The position numbers and the translations under genes are program-made. From Escherichia phage vB_EcoM_P8, in the sequence record PV390659.2: a stretch of DNA of 64,000 nucleotides; one strand, written 5' to 3'. Position 1 is the stretch's first letter. Each line of letters begins with the position of its first letter. The notes beneath the pieces were generated by a model. That model did not search any database and was not told where the DNA came from. It saw only the letters and a program-made list of their open reading frames with translations. Of the stretch, positions 11,193-21,092 are shown piece after piece.

Positions 11193-11735
11193 ATGAAATT
11201 TAATTATAATCCTGAATACACACCAAACCCGGTAGCTAAACTGATTGATTTTGATGTTGTAAGCACTTATGTATGCCCTGTTAAACCACTGGAAATTAAG
11301 GAACCTACTATGACTACCGCTATTGAAATCGGCAAAACCTACAAATTGGTTGAACCTGAAATTAAAACTAAGGCCTTGATTTCTGGTTATAAAACTCTGA
11401 CTGATGTTTTTGGCGAAGGCGAATTTATTGTTGAAGAATTTGCCAAAAGTGGCTGGTTTGCCAAATCTTACGTCATTCACGGTCGTCGTTTAGACAATAA
11501 CAAAATAGAGAAAATCCTGGTTTATGAAGCAGAGTTCATCCTGTTCCAAGAAGTTGAAGAACAAGACCCTACCGACCTTTTAACTCGTGCTGTAGCTATC
11601 AAGACCCCATTTATTTCGGTCTATGGTTGGGTAACAGACCAATGGATTGAAGATGGCGTTGAACTTCTGAATGTTGTGCATGCAGGCGATTTTAGTGTAG
11701 TACCTCGTAGTGCGGTGGTAGCTATTTTAAATTAA
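11193..11735 (+). CDS. hypothetical protein, paralog A of tandem pair
   Basis: 180 aa; C-terminal TDQWIEDGVELLNVVHAG shared with next gene. Confidence 0.6.
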   Translation: MKFNYNPEYTPNPVAKLIDFDVVSTYVCPVKPLEIKEPTMTTAIEIGKTYKLVEPEIKTKALISGYKTLTDVFGEGEFIVEEFAKSGWFAKSYVIHGRRLDNNKIEKILVYEAEFILFQEVEEQDPTDLLTRAVAIKTPFISVYGWVTDQWIEDGVELLNVVHAGDFSVVPRSAVVAILN

Positions 11736-11737
11736 TA

Positions 11738-11767
11738 GTTTACAAACTCTTGGGATCAGAGTATAAT
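11738..11767 (+). promoter_or_regulatory. T4-type early promoter
   Basis: GTTTAC, 18-nt spacer, TATAAT. Confidence 0.55.
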
Positions 11768-11811
11768 GGTCCCGTGGAGTATAAAATCTTTTTAACAAGT
11801 GAGAGATAACT

Positions 11812-12309
11812 ATGATTATTAATATTGGTGAAATTGCTCGTGTATCTGATAAATCCCGTTCTAAAGCAGCAGGAAAATTGGTCGAAATTGTAAGCATTCA
11901 GCTTAAACATGGCGTTAAAGATGAAGATTCTGAAGTAAAAGTGCGTATCATTCCTAAAGATGGAAAGTCTAAACCTCAGTTTGGCTATGTTCGTGCGAAA
12001 TTTCTTGAGTCTGCTTTTTTGAAAGCTGTTCCTGCTAAAGGAATTGAAACGATTGATACTTCGCATGTAGGCGTAGACTTTAAGTGGAAACTCGGTCAAG
12101 CTATTAAGTTCGTCGCTCCTTATGAATTTGAATTTACCGAAGACGAAGAAGGGGTTGTTCAAAAACGTCGTACTCGCGCTATGTGTGCATACATTACCGA
12201 TCAATGGGTAGAAGATGGCGTTAAGTTGTACAACGCGGTATTTTTAGGAACATACAAAGCCATTCCTGAAAGTTGGATTAAACACTATAGCAAAGCCCGC
12301 TGTGCATAA
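11812..12309 (+). CDS. hypothetical protein, paralog B of tandem pair
   Basis: 165 aa; C-terminal ITDQWVEDGVKLYNAVFLG. Confidence 0.6.
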   Translation: MIINIGEIARVSDKSRSKAAGKLVEIVSIQLKHGVKDEDSEVKVRIIPKDGKSKPQFGYVRAKFLESAFLKAVPAKGIETIDTSHVGVDFKWKLGQAIKFVAPYEFEFTEDEEGVVQKRRTRAMCAYITDQWVEDGVKLYNAVFLGTYKAIPESWIKHYSKARCA

Positions 12310-12406
12310 AGTTTAAAATTTTTTCATAAAACTATATACATCAGTAGTTGATTATGGTACTATATCAATATCAACTACTGATACAGAAAATAACTTGGAG
12401 AATAAA

Positions 12407-12676
12407 ATGGAAAACTTAATTATCATCGAACAATCTTTCAACGATTATGGTATGGCTTATGGTTATCGTGCGATAATGGAAGATTCTCGTGGATGTGTTA
12501 TCGATATTGCTGAATGTAAAGATTTACTGCAGCTTTTGAAGATTGTTCGCAAAAATTGGGATTGTGAAAACATTAAAGTTCGTGTTGTAACGGAAGAAGA
12601 AACTGTTTTTCATGATGTAAAATTTGCCAAAGGTGCTGCTACTCTTCTGAAACGCATCACTCCAATGTTCAATTAA
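12407..12676 (+). CDS. hypothetical protein
   Basis: 89 aa from ATG 12407 with GGAG SD. Confidence 0.5.
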   Translation: MENLIIIEQSFNDYGMAYGYRAIMEDSRGCVIDIAECKDLLQLLKIVRKNWDCENIKVRVVTEEETVFHDVKFAKGAATLLKRITPMFN

Positions 12677-12689
12677 CGAGGAAATTGTA

Positions 12690-12905
12690 ATGAAACGTAA
12701 AATTGTTCAGAACTGCACTAATGACGAATTTGAAGATGTGTTATTCGATCCAGATTTGGTAGTAGTTCAAAAGGAACACACTGCTAAGTTTACTCACTTG
12801 ACTTCGGTTTATGTGTATGAAAAGGTTGGGGATAAACAACCAATTTACGGTGTATTTCGTGAAATCACTGAAGACGGTACGACTTACTGGAAGGAAATTT
12901 ATTAA
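12690..12905 (+). CDS. hypothetical protein
   Basis: 71 aa ORF. Confidence 0.5.
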   Translation: MKRKIVQNCTNDEFEDVLFDPDLVVVQKEHTAKFTHLTSVYVYEKVGDKQPIYGVFREITEDGTTYWKEIY

Positions 12906-13330
12906 TGGCTATTAAATTTGAAGTTAATAAATGGTATCAATTTAAAAATAAACAAGCTCAAGAAAAATTTATTAAATATCATACTGAAAACGGAATTTAT
13001 GCACGACGTTTAGGTATGGAACCTTTTAAAGTTATAGATATTGACTATCTTGGTCGTCCTACTAAAATTGTGACATCTACTGGAATATTGGCATTATCCT
13101 CCGGTAAAGATATTTTGGATGAAGATTTTATTTGGCTTTCTACTAGCGAAGCTGAATTCTTTGATGAAGTTGAAAATCCATACCAGGCAGCTGAAGAGCA
13201 AGAGCAGGAAGAGAAAGAGCAAGAACAAATAGAAGATTTCACAGAATTTCCTGTCATGAAAGTTACTATTGAAAATAATGAACAGGCATGGTCCTTGTAT
13301 CAGATGTTGAAAGCACACTTTAAGGAATAA
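12905..13330 (+). CDS. hypothetical acidic protein
   Basis: 141 aa, TAATG-coupled. Confidence 0.55.
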   Translation: MAIKFEVNKWYQFKNKQAQEKFIKYHTENGIYARRLGMEPFKVIDIDYLGRPTKIVTSTGILALSSGKDILDEDFIWLSTSEAEFFDEVENPYQAAEEQEQEEKEQEQIEDFTEFPVMKVTIENNEQAWSLYQMLKAHFKE

Positions 13331-13332
13331 TT

Positions 13333-13509
13333 ATGCCAATGTATGATTATAAATGCCAATCCGAAGATTGCGGGCATGAATATGAAAAAATTAAAAAGAT
13401 TTCTGAACGAGAAAATGATGTTTGCCCTAAATGTCATCGTTTGTCTACTCGTCGGCCTTCTGCTCCTAAGCATGTGAATGGTGGATTTTACGACTTACTT
13501 AAAGGGTAA
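13333..13509 (+). CDS. small zinc-ribbon protein (CxxC...CxxC)
   Basis: 58 aa ORF absent from track (<60 aa); AAGGA SD; MPMYDYKCQSEDCGHEYE...CPKCH. Confidence 0.5.
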   Translation: MPMYDYKCQSEDCGHEYEKIKKISERENDVCPKCHRLSTRRPSAPKHVNGGFYDLLKG

Positions 13510-13511
13510 TT

Positions 13512-13883
13512 ATGTTTAAAATCGGTAAGAAATATCGTGTTCGCGAAGGCAAAGAAAAGAAATATCTACTTTCTTCTATTTATAGGAATAGTTCTATTAA
13601 TACTGTAATATCTACAAGCGAATTTATCGTTGAAGATATGAAAGGTCATAATGTTACAATGATTAGTACAGCATCTGGAAATGATGGAAAAATTCTTCAT
13701 AGTTTTCAGAGTAATGTTCTAATTTATGATGAAGAATTTGACTTCTTCGAAGAAGTTACAGAAGATTTTGATTTTGAATGCACTATCACTATGAAATCTG
13801 GCGACCCTCTTTCTTTTACAGTTAAAGATGAAAGAAGTCGCTTGAGAATTATTAGTCTTCTTCAAGCCATTAAATTTGAGTGA
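13512..13883 (+). CDS. hypothetical protein
   Basis: 123 aa ORF. Confidence 0.55.
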   Translation: MFKIGKKYRVREGKEKKYLLSSIYRNSSINTVISTSEFIVEDMKGHNVTMISTASGNDGKILHSFQSNVLIYDEEFDFFEEVTEDFDFECTITMKSGDPLSFTVKDERSRLRIISLLQAIKFE

Positions 13884-14148
13884 AATTATGAAATATGTTA
13901 ATCGTTCTATCGCGGCATTAGTATTAGCAGTATCTTTAGTAGGATGTACTGATGCTGATAATGCAACCAAAGTTTTGTCTTCAAGTGGGTTTACTAATAT
14001 TGAAATCACTGGATACAATTGGTTTGGTTGCTCTGAAAATGATTTCCAACACACTGGATTTCGTGCTATTGGACCTACTGGGCAGAAAGTAGAAGGAACC
14101 GTGTGTTCTGGTCTATTCTTCAAGGATTCGACTATCCGTTTTAAATAA
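13876..14148 (+). CDS. putative lipoprotein
   Basis: Signal peptide plus lipobox LVGC at residues 21-24; 90 aa; hairpin terminator follows. Confidence 0.55.
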   Translation: MSEIMKYVNRSIAALVLAVSLVGCTDADNATKVLSSSGFTNIEITGYNWFGCSENDFQHTGFRAIGPTGQKVEGTVCSGLFFKDSTIRFK

Positions 14149-14170
14149 AAGGCCTTCGGGCCTTTAGCTT
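14148..14170 (+). terminator. terminator-like hairpin
   Basis: AAAGGCC-TTCG-GGCCTTT; weak U-tract. Confidence 0.4.
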
Positions 14171-14217
14171 TATGATTACCGGAGTATAATATTCCCAAAA
14201 CCAAACGAGGATAAGTG

Positions 14218-16035
14218 ATGATTAAGAATGAAATTAAAATTCTGAGCGATATTGAACATATCAAAAAGCGTAGCGGCATGTACATTGGTTCTTCTGCTAA
14301 TGAAATGCATGAGCGCTTTCTGTTTGGTAAATGGGAAAGTGTTCAGTATGTACCTGGTCTTGTTAAGCTTATTGATGAAATTATCGATAACTCGGTAGAT
14401 GAAGGTATTCGTACTAAGTTTAAATTCGCAAATAAAATTAATGTTACTATCAAAAACAATCAAGTAACAGTTGAAGATAACGGTCGTGGTATTCCACAGG
14501 CGATGGTTAAAACACCTACTGGTGAAGAAATTCCTGGTCCAGTTGCTGCATGGACTATTCCAAAAGCAGGTGGTAACTTTGGTGATGATAAAGAACGCGT
14601 CACTGGCGGTATGAACGGTGTTGGTTCTAGTTTAACTAACATTTTTTCTGTGATGTTTGTCGGTGAAACTGGCGACGGTCAAAATAATATTGTGGTTCGT
14701 TGTTCAAATGGCATGGAAAATAAATCATGGGAAACTATTCCTGGAAAATGGAAAGGAACTCGCGTTACTTTCATTCCTGATTTTATGTCATTTGAAACTA
14801 ATGAGCTATCTCAAGTTTATCTTGACATTACACTAGATCGTCTCCAGACACTTGCAGTAGTTTATCCTGATATTCAATTTACCTTTAATGGTAAAAAGGT
14901 TCAGGGTAATTTTAAGAAATATGCACGCCAATATGATGAACATGCTATCGTTCAAGAACAAGAAAACTGTTCTATTGCGGTTGGTCGTTCACCCGATGGT
15001 TTTCGTCAATTAACATACGTCAATAACATTCATACTAAGAATGGTGGCCATCACATTGACTGTGTTATGGATGATATTTGTGAAGACCTTATTCCACAAA
15101 TCAAACGTAAATTTAAAATTGACGTAACTAAAGCACGTGTTAAAGAATGTTTGACTATCGTTATGTTTGTTCGTGATATGAAAAACATGCGATTTGATTC
15201 TCAAACTAAAGAGCGTCTGACTTCTCCATTTGGTGAAATCCGTAGTCATATTCAGCTTGATGCTAAAAAGATTTCACGTGCTATTTTAAATAATGAAGCA
15301 ATTTTAATGCCAATCATTGAAGCTGCCTTGGCTCGTAAATTGGCGGCAGAAAAAGCAGCAGAAACTAAAGCAGCTAAAAAGGCTTCTAAAGCTAAGGTTC
15401 ATAAACATATTAAAGCGAATCTTTGTGGTAAAGATGCTGACACTACTCTTTTCTTGACTGAGGGTGATTCCGCTATCGGATATCTTATTGATGTTCGTGA
15501 TAAAGAACTTCATGGTGGTTATCCATTACGTGGTAAAGTTCTCAACAGTTGGGGTATGTCATATGCTGATATGCTTAAAAACAAAGAACTGTTTGATATT
15601 TGCGCAATCACTGGATTAGTTCTTGGTGAAAAAGCCGAAAACTTGAATTATCATAATATTGCTATTATGACTGACGCTGACCACGATGGTCTAGGAAGCA
15701 TTTATCCTTCTCTGCTCGGATTTTTCAGTAATTGGCCAGAACTGTTTGAACAAGGAAGAATTCGCTTTGTCAAAACTCCTGTAATCATCGCTCAGGTCGG
15801 TAAAAAACAAGAATGGTTTTATACAGTCGCTGAATATGAGAGTGCTAAAGATGCTCTACCTAAACATAGCATCCGTTATATTAAGGGACTTGGCTCTTTG
15901 GAAAAATCTGAATATCGTGAGATGATTCAAAACCCAGTATATGATGTTGTTAAACTTCCTGAGAACTGGAAAGAGCTTTTTGAAATGCTTATGGGAGATA
16001 ATGCTGATCTTCGTAAAGAATGGATGAGCCAGTAG
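14218..16035 (+). CDS. 39: DNA topoisomerase II large subunit, uninterrupted 39+60 fusion type
   Basis: 605 aa; GHKL ATPase N-terminus MIKNEIKILSDIEH..., Toprim C-terminus ...IAIMTDADHDG...; single ORF. Confidence 0.9.
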   Translation: MIKNEIKILSDIEHIKKRSGMYIGSSANEMHERFLFGKWESVQYVPGLVKLIDEIIDNSVDEGIRTKFKFANKINVTIKNNQVTVEDNGRGIPQAMVKTPTGEEIPGPVAAWTIPKAGGNFGDDKERVTGGMNGVGSSLTNIFSVMFVGETGDGQNNIVVRCSNGMENKSWETIPGKWKGTRVTFIPDFMSFETNELSQVYLDITLDRLQTLAVVYPDIQFTFNGKKVQGNFKKYARQYDEHAIVQEQENCSIAVGRSPDGFRQLTYVNNIHTKNGGHHIDCVMDDICEDLIPQIKRKFKIDVTKARVKECLTIVMFVRDMKNMRFDSQTKERLTSPFGEIRSHIQLDAKKISRAILNNEAILMPIIEAALARKLAAEKAAETKAAKKASKAKVHKHIKANLCGKDADTTLFLTEGDSAIGYLIDVRDKELHGGYPLRGKVLNSWGMSYADMLKNKELFDICAITGLVLGEKAENLNYHNIAIMTDADHDGLGSIYPSLLGFFSNWPELFEQGRIRFVKTPVIIAQVGKKQEWFYTVAEYESAKDALPKHSIRYIKGLGSLEKSEYREMIQNPVYDVVKLPENWKELFEMLMGDNADLRKEWMSQ

Positions 16036-16064
16036 TTTACTTTACCACAAGGATGTGGTATAAT
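16035..16064 (+). promoter_or_regulatory. T4-type early promoter upstream of rIIA.1/rIIA
   Basis: GTTTAC, 18-nt spacer, TATAAT. Confidence 0.55.
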
Positions 16065-16089
16065 TAATTGGGCAAATGAGGACATTGAA

Positions 16090-16293
16090 ATGAAATCATA
16101 CAGAGTAAATTTAGAACTTTTTGATAAAGCAGTTCATCGAGAATATAGAATCATTCAACGCTTTTTCGATATGGGAGAAGCCGAAGAGTTTAAAAACCGC
16201 TTTAAGGATATTAGAGATAAAATTCAATCCGACACCGCAACTAAAGATGAACTACTAGAAGTTGCTGAAGTTATTAAACGCAATATGAATTAA
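16090..16293 (+). CDS. hypothetical protein (rIIA.1 position)
   Basis: 67 aa after early promoter. Confidence 0.5.
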   Translation: MKSYRVNLELFDKAVHREYRIIQRFFDMGEAEEFKNRFKDIRDKIQSDTATKDELLEVAEVIKRNMN

Positions 16294-16303
16294 TGAGGAA
16301 ATT

Positions 16304-18481
16304 ATGATTATCACCACTGAAAAAGAAACAATTCTTGGCAATGGTTCTAAATCAAAAGCATTTAGCATCACAGCATCTCCTAAAGTATTTAAAATTCTGT
16401 CATCTGATTTGTATACAAACAAGATTCGCGCAGTAGTCCGTGAATTGATTACCAACATGATTGATGCCCATGCTCTTAATGGAAATCCTGAAAAATTTAT
16501 CATTCAAGTTCCAGGACGATTAGATCCGCGATTTGTTTGCCGAGATTTTGGTCCAGGTATGAGCGATTTTGATATTCAGGGTGATGATAATTCTCCTGGG
16601 TTGTATAATTCATACTTTAGTTCATCTAAGGCTGAATCTAATGATTTCATTGGTGGATTTGGTTTAGGTTCTAAATCTCCGTTTAGTTATACTGATACAT
16701 TTAGTATTACTTCATATCATAAAGGTGAAATTCGTGGTTATGTAGCTTACATGGATGGTGACGGTCCGCAGATTAAACCTACATTCGTAAAAGAAATGGG
16801 TCCAGACGATAAAACTGGCATTGAAATCGTAGTTCCGGTTGAAGAAAAAGACTTTAGAAACTTTGCTTATGAAGTTTCTTATATCATGCGACCATTCAAA
16901 GATTTGGCTATTATTAATGGTCTTGACCGCGAAATTGATTATTTTCCGGATTTTGATGACTATTACGGTGTAAATCCAGAAAGATACTGGCCAGATCGTG
17001 GTGGATTGTACGCTATCTATGGTGGTATTGTTTATCCTATTGATGGTGTTATTAGAGACCGTAACTGGTTAAGCATTCGCAATGAAGTGAATTATATTAA
17101 GTTTCCAATGGGTTCACTTGATATTGCTCCATCGCGTGAGGCTCTTTCGCTGGATGATCGTACTCGTAAAAATATTATTGAGCGTGTTAAAGAGCTCAGT
17201 GAGCAGGCATTTAATGAAGATGTAAAACGATTTAAAGAATCTACATCTCCTCGTCATACATACCGTGAATTGATGAAGATGGGGTATTCTGCTCGAGATT
17301 ATATGATTAGTAATTCAGTCAAATTTACGACTAAAAATCTGTCATATAAAAAGATGCAGAGCATGTTTGAACCTGACAGTAAGTTATGCAATGCAGGGGT
17401 TGTGTATGAAGTAAATCTTGACCCTCGACTGAAACGCATTAAGCAAAGTCATGAAACTTCAGCCGTTGCATCAAGCTATCGTCTGTTTGGTATTAATACG
17501 ACAAAAATTAATATTGTTATTGATAATACTAAAAATCGTGTTAATATTGTCCGTGGATTAGCACGCGCGTTAGATGATAGTGAATTTAATAACGCATTAA
17601 ATATTCATCACAATGAGCGGCTTCTGTTTATTAATCCAGAAGTAGAATCGCAGATTGATTTGCTTCCTGATATTATGGCAATGTTTGAAAGTGATGAAGT
17701 TAACATTCATTATTTGTCAGAAATCGAAGCTTTAGTTAAAAGTTATATTCCAAAGGCAGTAAAAAGTACAGCTCCTCGTCCTAAAACTGCTACTGCATTT
17801 AAGTTTGAAATTAAAGACGGGCGCTGGGAAAAAGAGGAATTGTTTACACTTACGTCAGAAGCAGATGAAATTACTGGTTATGTAGCATACATGCATCGTT
17901 CTGATATTTTCTCTATGGATGGTACTACATCGCTTTGTCATCCATCTACGAATATTTTGATTCGTATGGCTAATCTTATTGGCATTAATGAATTTTATGT
18001 TATTCGTCCACTTTTACAGAAAAAGGTAAAAGAACTTGGTCAGTGTCAATGTATTTTTGAAACTTTGCGTGATTTATATGTAGATGCTTTTGATGATGTA
18101 GATTATGATAAGTATGTAGGTTATTCAAGTTCAGCTAAACGATATATTGATAAAATTATCAAGTATCCTGAGTTAGATTTTATGATGAAGTACTTCAGTG
18201 TAGATGAAGTTTCCGAAGAATATACACGACTCGCTAATATGGTTAGTTCATTACAGGGTGTATATTTCAACGGTGGAAAAGATACCATCGGTCATGACAT
18301 CTGGACGGTAACTAATCTTTTTGATGTATTATCAAATAATGCTTCAAAAAACAGTGATAAAATGGTTGCTGAGTTTACCAAGAAATTCCGTATTGTTTCC
18401 GACTTCATCGGTTATCGCAATTCTTTAAGTGATGATGAAGTTTCCCAAATCGCTAAAACTATGAAGGCCCTTGCGGCCTAA
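16304..18481 (+). CDS. rIIA: rIIA protein
   Basis: 725 aa, same length as T4 rIIA; N-terminal ATPase-like region. Confidence 0.9.
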   Translation: MIITTEKETILGNGSKSKAFSITASPKVFKILSSDLYTNKIRAVVRELITNMIDAHALNGNPEKFIIQVPGRLDPRFVCRDFGPGMSDFDIQGDDNSPGLYNSYFSSSKAESNDFIGGFGLGSKSPFSYTDTFSITSYHKGEIRGYVAYMDGDGPQIKPTFVKEMGPDDKTGIEIVVPVEEKDFRNFAYEVSYIMRPFKDLAIINGLDREIDYFPDFDDYYGVNPERYWPDRGGLYAIYGGIVYPIDGVIRDRNWLSIRNEVNYIKFPMGSLDIAPSREALSLDDRTRKNIIERVKELSEQAFNEDVKRFKESTSPRHTYRELMKMGYSARDYMISNSVKFTTKNLSYKKMQSMFEPDSKLCNAGVVYEVNLDPRLKRIKQSHETSAVASSYRLFGINTTKINIVIDNTKNRVNIVRGLARALDDSEFNNALNIHHNERLLFINPEVESQIDLLPDIMAMFESDEVNIHYLSEIEALVKSYIPKAVKSTAPRPKTATAFKFEIKDGRWEKEELFTLTSEADEITGYVAYMHRSDIFSMDGTTSLCHPSTNILIRMANLIGINEFYVIRPLLQKKVKELGQCQCIFETLRDLYVDAFDDVDYDKYVGYSSSAKRYIDKIIKYPELDFMMKYFSVDEVSEEYTRLANMVSSLQGVYFNGGKDTIGHDIWTVTNLFDVLSNNASKNSDKMVAEFTKKFRIVSDFIGYRNSLSDDEVSQIAKTMKALAA

Positions 18482-18492
18482 TAAGGAAAATT

Positions 18493-19431
18493 ATGTACAA
18501 TATTAAATGCCTGACCAAAAACGAACAAGCTGAAATTGTTAAATTGTATTCAAGTGGTAATTATACCCAACAGGAATTGGCTGATTGGCAAGGTGTATCG
18601 GTTGACACAATCCGTCGTGTTTTGAAAAATGCTGAAGAAGCTGAGCGCTCCAAAGTTACCATTAGCGGTGACATTACAGTTACAGTTAAGAGCGATGCAG
18701 CTATTGCTCCAGTTGCTAAATCTGACATTATTTGGAATGCATCTAAAAAATTCATTTCAATTACTGTTGACGGTGTAACTTATAACGCAACTCCTAATAC
18801 TCATTCAAACTTCCAAGAAATTCTTAATCTGCTTGTTGCAGATAAATTGGAAGAAGCAGCGCAAAAAATTAACGTTCGTCGCGCTGTTGAAAAATATATT
18901 TCCGGTGATGTTCGAATTGAAGGTGGAAGCTTGTTCTATCAAAATATTGAATTGCGATCTGGTTTAGTTGATCGTATTCTTGATTCGATGGAAAAAGGCG
19001 AAAACTTTGAATTTTATTTTCCGTTCTTGGAAAATCTGCTGGAAAACCCAAGCCAAAAAGCAGTATCTCGACTCTTTGATTTTTTGGTAGCAAACGATAT
19101 TGAAATTACAGAAGACGGTTACTTCTATGCTTGGAAAGTAGTTCGCAGTAATTACTTTGACTGTCATTCAAATACTTTTGATAACAGTCCTGGCGAAGTA
19201 GTTAAAATGCCACGTACTCGTGTGAATGACGATGATACACAAACTTGTTCTCGTGGTCTGCATGTGTGTTCTAAATCTTATATTCGTCACTTTGGCAGTT
19301 CAACCAGCCGAGTTGTAAAAGTTAAAGTACATCCTCGCGATGTAGTATCAATTCCGATTGATTACAACGATGCTAAAATGCGTACCTGCCAATACGAAGT
19401 AGTTGAAGACGTTACTGAACAATTTAAATAA
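18493..19431 (+). CDS. rIIB: rIIB protein
   Basis: 312 aa, same length and position as T4 rIIB. Confidence 0.9.
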   Translation: MYNIKCLTKNEQAEIVKLYSSGNYTQQELADWQGVSVDTIRRVLKNAEEAERSKVTISGDITVTVKSDAAIAPVAKSDIIWNASKKFISITVDGVTYNATPNTHSNFQEILNLLVADKLEEAAQKINVRRAVEKYISGDVRIEGGSLFYQNIELRSGLVDRILDSMEKGENFEFYFPFLENLLENPSQKAVSRLFDFLVANDIEITEDGYFYAWKVVRSNYFDCHSNTFDNSPGEVVKMPRTRVNDDDTQTCSRGLHVCSKSYIRHFGSSTSRVVKVKVHPRDVVSIPIDYNDAKMRTCQYEVVEDVTEQFK

Positions 19432-19459
19432 GGGCTTCGGCCCTTAACTAAGGAAAATT

Positions 19460-19654
19460 ATGTTAGGTTATCAAGCACGAGTAAAAGAAGAATACGATCA
19501 ATTAATGCTCAAAATTAATGCACTGAGCAAATTTTTAGAAAGCACAAAGTTTCTAACGATTAATGAAGTTGAACAAGAATTACTGCTTTCACAGTTCATC
19601 TCAATGAAATCTTACGCAGATTGTTTAGAAAAAAGAATTGCACAATTCAAATAA
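19460..19654 (+). CDS. hypothetical protein
   Basis: 64 aa between two hairpins. Confidence 0.45.
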   Translation: MLGYQARVKEEYDQLMLKINALSKFLESTKFLTINEVEQELLLSQFISMKSYADCLEKRIAQFK

Positions 19655-19657
19655 AAT

Positions 19658-19680
19658 AAGGTGCTTCGGCCCTTTTGTTT
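19658..19680 (+). terminator. terminator-like hairpin
   Basis: GGTGC-TTCG-GCCC followed by TTTTGTTTT. Confidence 0.4.
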
Positions 19681-19692
19681 TAAGGAAAAAAT

Positions 19693-20022
19693 ATGATTTA
19701 TTGTATGAATATCGGTGATTCCGACATAAAAGAGATTAAACTGCACGGAAATCATCACGCTAATATTGTGTACTGCAATAAATTTGAGTTTGGTCACGAA
19801 AAACTTGGGTTTCTTTACTGTAATGATGTTATAGTCATGGATAAAAAGGAACTCGATGATCTCGACCATGAGTCTTTAGATGAAAATGATCGAATTTATT
19901 ATGGCACTCTTAAAATATATAACGCTTATCTCAGCGGTAAAAAGGAAAGTCTAAATGCAGAAAACGAATCCGGGTTTACAGAGACTATTTCAGATTCCGA
20001 CATTTACCCTATCGAACAATGA
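19693..20022 (+). CDS. hypothetical protein
   Basis: 109 aa; overlaps next ORF by 68 nt. Confidence 0.45.
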   Translation: MIYCMNIGDSDIKEIKLHGNHHANIVYCNKFEFGHEKLGFLYCNDVIVMDKKELDDLDHESLDENDRIYYGTLKIYNAYLSGKKESLNAENESGFTETISDSDIYPIEQ

Positions 20023-20512
20023 TTTGACTAGTGAAATGAAGGTCAAAATTGCTGATACAGCAAGATACTCTTTAAAACAAAATCCAAATCAGGATAAAGC
20101 AGAAGTTATCGAAAGATGCCGTATCGCGGTGTACGCAGAGTTTTTTGTAGCAGATTGGTTAAGCGGGTATGTTAACAAAGGCCAAGAGGATGTTAATGAC
20201 CCGTATACATACGCATGGGATGTATTGGCGCATCCAAGATATTGCGGGCTTCGTGTAGAAGTTAAGACACACCAAACTGACTCACGTTGGATTTCGGTAA
20301 CAACCGGATGCAGCGGAGAGTATCCATACGGTTCTGGAATAAATCTAGGGCCCATTCTGAATCATCAAGTCGCTGACTGTATAATTATATTCAACGCTAA
20401 AGAAATTCATCCAGGTGTCATCCAGTACACTCCGAAGTTCATCGGTGATAGAGAAGACCTTCGTAAGGTTGTAAGAAAAAGCAACTACAACGGATGGTAT
20501 CTTTCCATTTAA
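19955..20512 (+). CDS. denB: endonuclease IV DenB
   Basis: 185 aa equals T4 DenB length; position after rIIB; start uncertain (possible downstream ATG 20035). Confidence 0.65.
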   Translation: MQKTNPGLQRLFQIPTFTLSNNDLTSEMKVKIADTARYSLKQNPNQDKAEVIERCRIAVYAEFFVADWLSGYVNKGQEDVNDPYTYAWDVLAHPRYCGLRVEVKTHQTDSRWISVTTGCSGEYPYGSGINLGPILNHQVADCIIIFNAKEIHPGVIQYTPKFIGDREDLRKVVRKSNYNGWYLSI

Positions 20513-20528
20513 AAATTTTCACAAAACG

Positions 20529-20558
20529 GTTTACATACCACAAGGACTGTGGTACTAT
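20529..20558 (+). promoter_or_regulatory. T4-type early promoter (repeated cassette)
   Basis: GTTTAC, 18-nt spacer, TACTAT; cassette CACAAAACGGTTTACA...GGTACTATACAACTATC recurs at 24171 and 40845. Confidence 0.55.
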
Positions 20559-20585
20559 ACAACTATCAGCTACGGAGGAGTAAAA

Positions 20586-20849
20586 ATGAAATTTAAATTT
20601 TATTACGCTAAACATAAAATAACTGATGAGTTTGTGTCAGTTGAATATTCTAGCGATGATGAAGGTATGATTTATACTCGCTTAGGGTTATCGCGCTGGG
20701 AGTCTGATACGCCTTATTTTTCAACTCCCGAAGAAATTACACGTTTAGTTAATGGTCATATGAATGACCACTGGGATGTAATTCTTTCAGATAGTCTTAA
20801 AGCAGCTATTAATAGTAATGAAATGAAAATCGCTGAGATTGAACTATGA
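20586..20849 (+). CDS. hypothetical protein
   Basis: 87 aa after early promoter. Confidence 0.5.
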   Translation: MKFKFYYAKHKITDEFVSVEYSSDDEGMIYTRLGLSRWESDTPYFSTPEEITRLVNGHMNDHWDVILSDSLKAAINSNEMKIAEIEL

Positions 20850-20932
20850 GTTCATTATGGTGGTGTTTTGTTTGGTTAATTAGTATTCCATTAATTTGTT
20901 TAACATTTACTTTTGTGATGAGGTTATTATGA
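20846..20932 (+). CDS. tiny hydrophobic peptide
   Basis: 28 codons, ATGA-coupled, one TM-like segment. Confidence 0.3.
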   Translation: MSSLWWCFVWLISIPLICLTFTFVMRLL

Positions 20933-21027
20933 AAATTTTGAATTCTGTACTTATTGCTTGTGCGTGGTGGGTTGCACAAGTTTCGGCAGTAGTGATTGGT
21001 ATTCACATTTATTACGAATATTTTTAA
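20929..21027 (+). CDS. tiny hydrophobic peptide
   Basis: 32 codons, ATGA-coupled. Confidence 0.3.
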   Translation: MKILNSVLIACAWWVAQVSAVVIGIHIYYEYF

Positions 21028-21034
21028 AAAAGTT

Positions 21035-21064
21035 GTTTACAAGACTGTTCCTCTGTGGTATTAT
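21035..21064 (+). promoter_or_regulatory. T4-type early promoter within stem-loop
   Basis: GTTTAC, 18-nt spacer, TATTAT; flanked by CTGTTCCTC/GAGGAACAG 9-bp inverted repeat. Confidence 0.55.
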
Positions 21065-21092
21065 TACCCTATCAACTACGGAGGAACAGAAA

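Noticed and set aside
13719-14285. 188-aa minus-strand ORF from the track
   Set aside because: It overlaps two plus-strand genes, a terminator and a promoter, has low-complexity composition and no RBS; treated as antisense artefact. The same applies to 11082-11480, 11740-12204, 7819-8202, 1183-1377, 1396-1611 and 51616-52023.
14218-16035. Gene 60-type translational bypass element
   Set aside because: The reading frame is continuous through the 39/60 junction with no 50-nt gap or take-off/landing GGA pair.
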